From Auanema rhodensis (Eukaryota; Animalia; Nematoda): a stretch of 64,000 nucleotides of DNA. The stretch is taken from the NCBI GenBank assembly GCA_964057225.1, contig OZ059894.1, positions 17,298,001 through 17,362,000 of the forward strand. The letters are read 5' to 3'. Of the stretch, positions 62,834-64,000 are shown in pieces (the first letter of the stretch is position 1; every line of letters starts with the position of its first letter). The notes under the pieces are model-generated. The model saw only the letters and a list, made by a program, of their open reading frames with translations. It searched no databases and was not told the DNA's origin. Both the position numbers and the translations under genes were made by a program.

Positions 62834-64000
62834 TTAAAGTCTGTATGGAATGCGACCATCTCCTCCTTTTCCACCCATATAAGCTAAAAAATGTATGAAT
62901 AAGAAACTTAATTAAGAAACAGTGTTCTTACTTGGGGTATTTGGACAAGCATTTGCTGGAACGCATTTTCCTTGGTTGTTACGGAAGAAACCAGAGTTGC
63001 ATACACAAGCTGGTGGATTGCAAATTTCAATGCATGCAACTGGTCCCTTAAAACCATATATGATCTATGAATATTAATTTTGTATACTAACCTTTCCAAT
63101 GTGTTCACACTTGGCTTCACAAAGGTTACCACAATTGTTGACACTTTCATTTTCTGGGCAAGAAAGGTTAGTATATTTGTTTACATTTGGATCTGGAAGA
63201 ATCATTTCATCACCGTAGCCATCTGAAATCGGATGATTAGAGAAGTATAAACTATGGTTTTCTACTTTGTTTGACACATTGATCAGCTGGAACACATGCT
63301 CCAGAGTTGTTACGGTAAAGTCCTTCCTTACAAGCACAGGCTGGAGGTCTGCAATCCTTTGTACATGCAACCATCTAAAAAATTAAATCATCATTAAGTT
63401 TTTAGAAATTTTAGATTACTTTATCTATGTAGTTGCAGTTTCCTTCACAATGATTACCGCATTTGTTAAGTACTTCATTGGCATCACAAACTGAAAAACG
63501 TGAATAAAATGGCCTGTAATGTTTTTAAATACCTGGAGTCTTGGGAGGGCATTGATCAGCAGGAACACATTCTCCATTATTATTACGGTAAAAGCCTTGA
63601 TCACATCCACATGCTGCAGGTCGGCAGTCCAAAGTGCAAGCCCGTAGTTCACCTACGAATTCACAGGAGTTTTCGCAATGATTTCCGCAATGAAGTAAAA
63701 CTTCATTAGGTCTGGAGCAAGCTGTAATAATTGAGTTTATAAATTCTTTCAATAGAATAACATTGATTTCTAATTACCTGGAGTTCTAGGTGGACAAATA
63801 TCAGCAGTAACACAATCTCCATTAGCATTACGATAATATCCTTCTTTGCAGGCGCAAGCAGGAGGACGACAAACAGCAGGGCAAACGCGGAGCTAAAACT
63901 CGATAATATGTTAACATAAGATTTCAGAAATAATTGCATTAAATATCTTACTTCTCCGGCGTATTCACAGGTTCCTTCACATAGGTTTCCGCACTGATTG
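62834..64000 (-). CDS. Multi-TIL (trypsin inhibitor-like cysteine-rich) repeat protein, 3' part only
   Basis: Repeated C.PNE....CGN.CE..C....CT..C.P.AC.C..GF.R...G.CV....C units across exons. Confidence 0.85.

Overview
Eukaryotic, AT-rich genomic DNA. Short GT-AG introns and the gene set point to a rhabditid nematode; this is an inference. The left half (1-30.5 kb) is a ~247-bp tandem array of tRNA-Pro(AGG) genes: 21 full-length copies, one truncated and one split. The array is invaded by nested LTR retrotransposons: several BEL/Pao (belpaovirus) elements, one structurally complete with a phlebovirus-like envelope, and a second LTR lineage with TG...CG ends and 4-bp target-site duplications (TSDs). 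The most striking element (8436-12882, minus) is an LTR-bounded, TSD-flanked chimera whose interior is ~3 kb of a +ssRNA virus replicase (SF1 helicase plus alphavirus-supergroup RdRp, nege/virga-like), inserted antisense into a BEL gag gene. Three independent junctions fall at the same position, ~70 bp upstream of a tRNA gene. The array ends at a near-identical 3,990-bp inverted partial duplicate of an adenylate cyclase gene. The right half is ordinary multi-exon host genes: BTB-like, dhs-16, Ig I-set, acy-2, TMBIM/BI-1, an unknown membrane protein, GDP-glucose phosphorylase, pcm-1, tubulin cofactor B and a TIL-repeat protein. Multi-exon gene coordinates are first-to-last coding base, read by eye.
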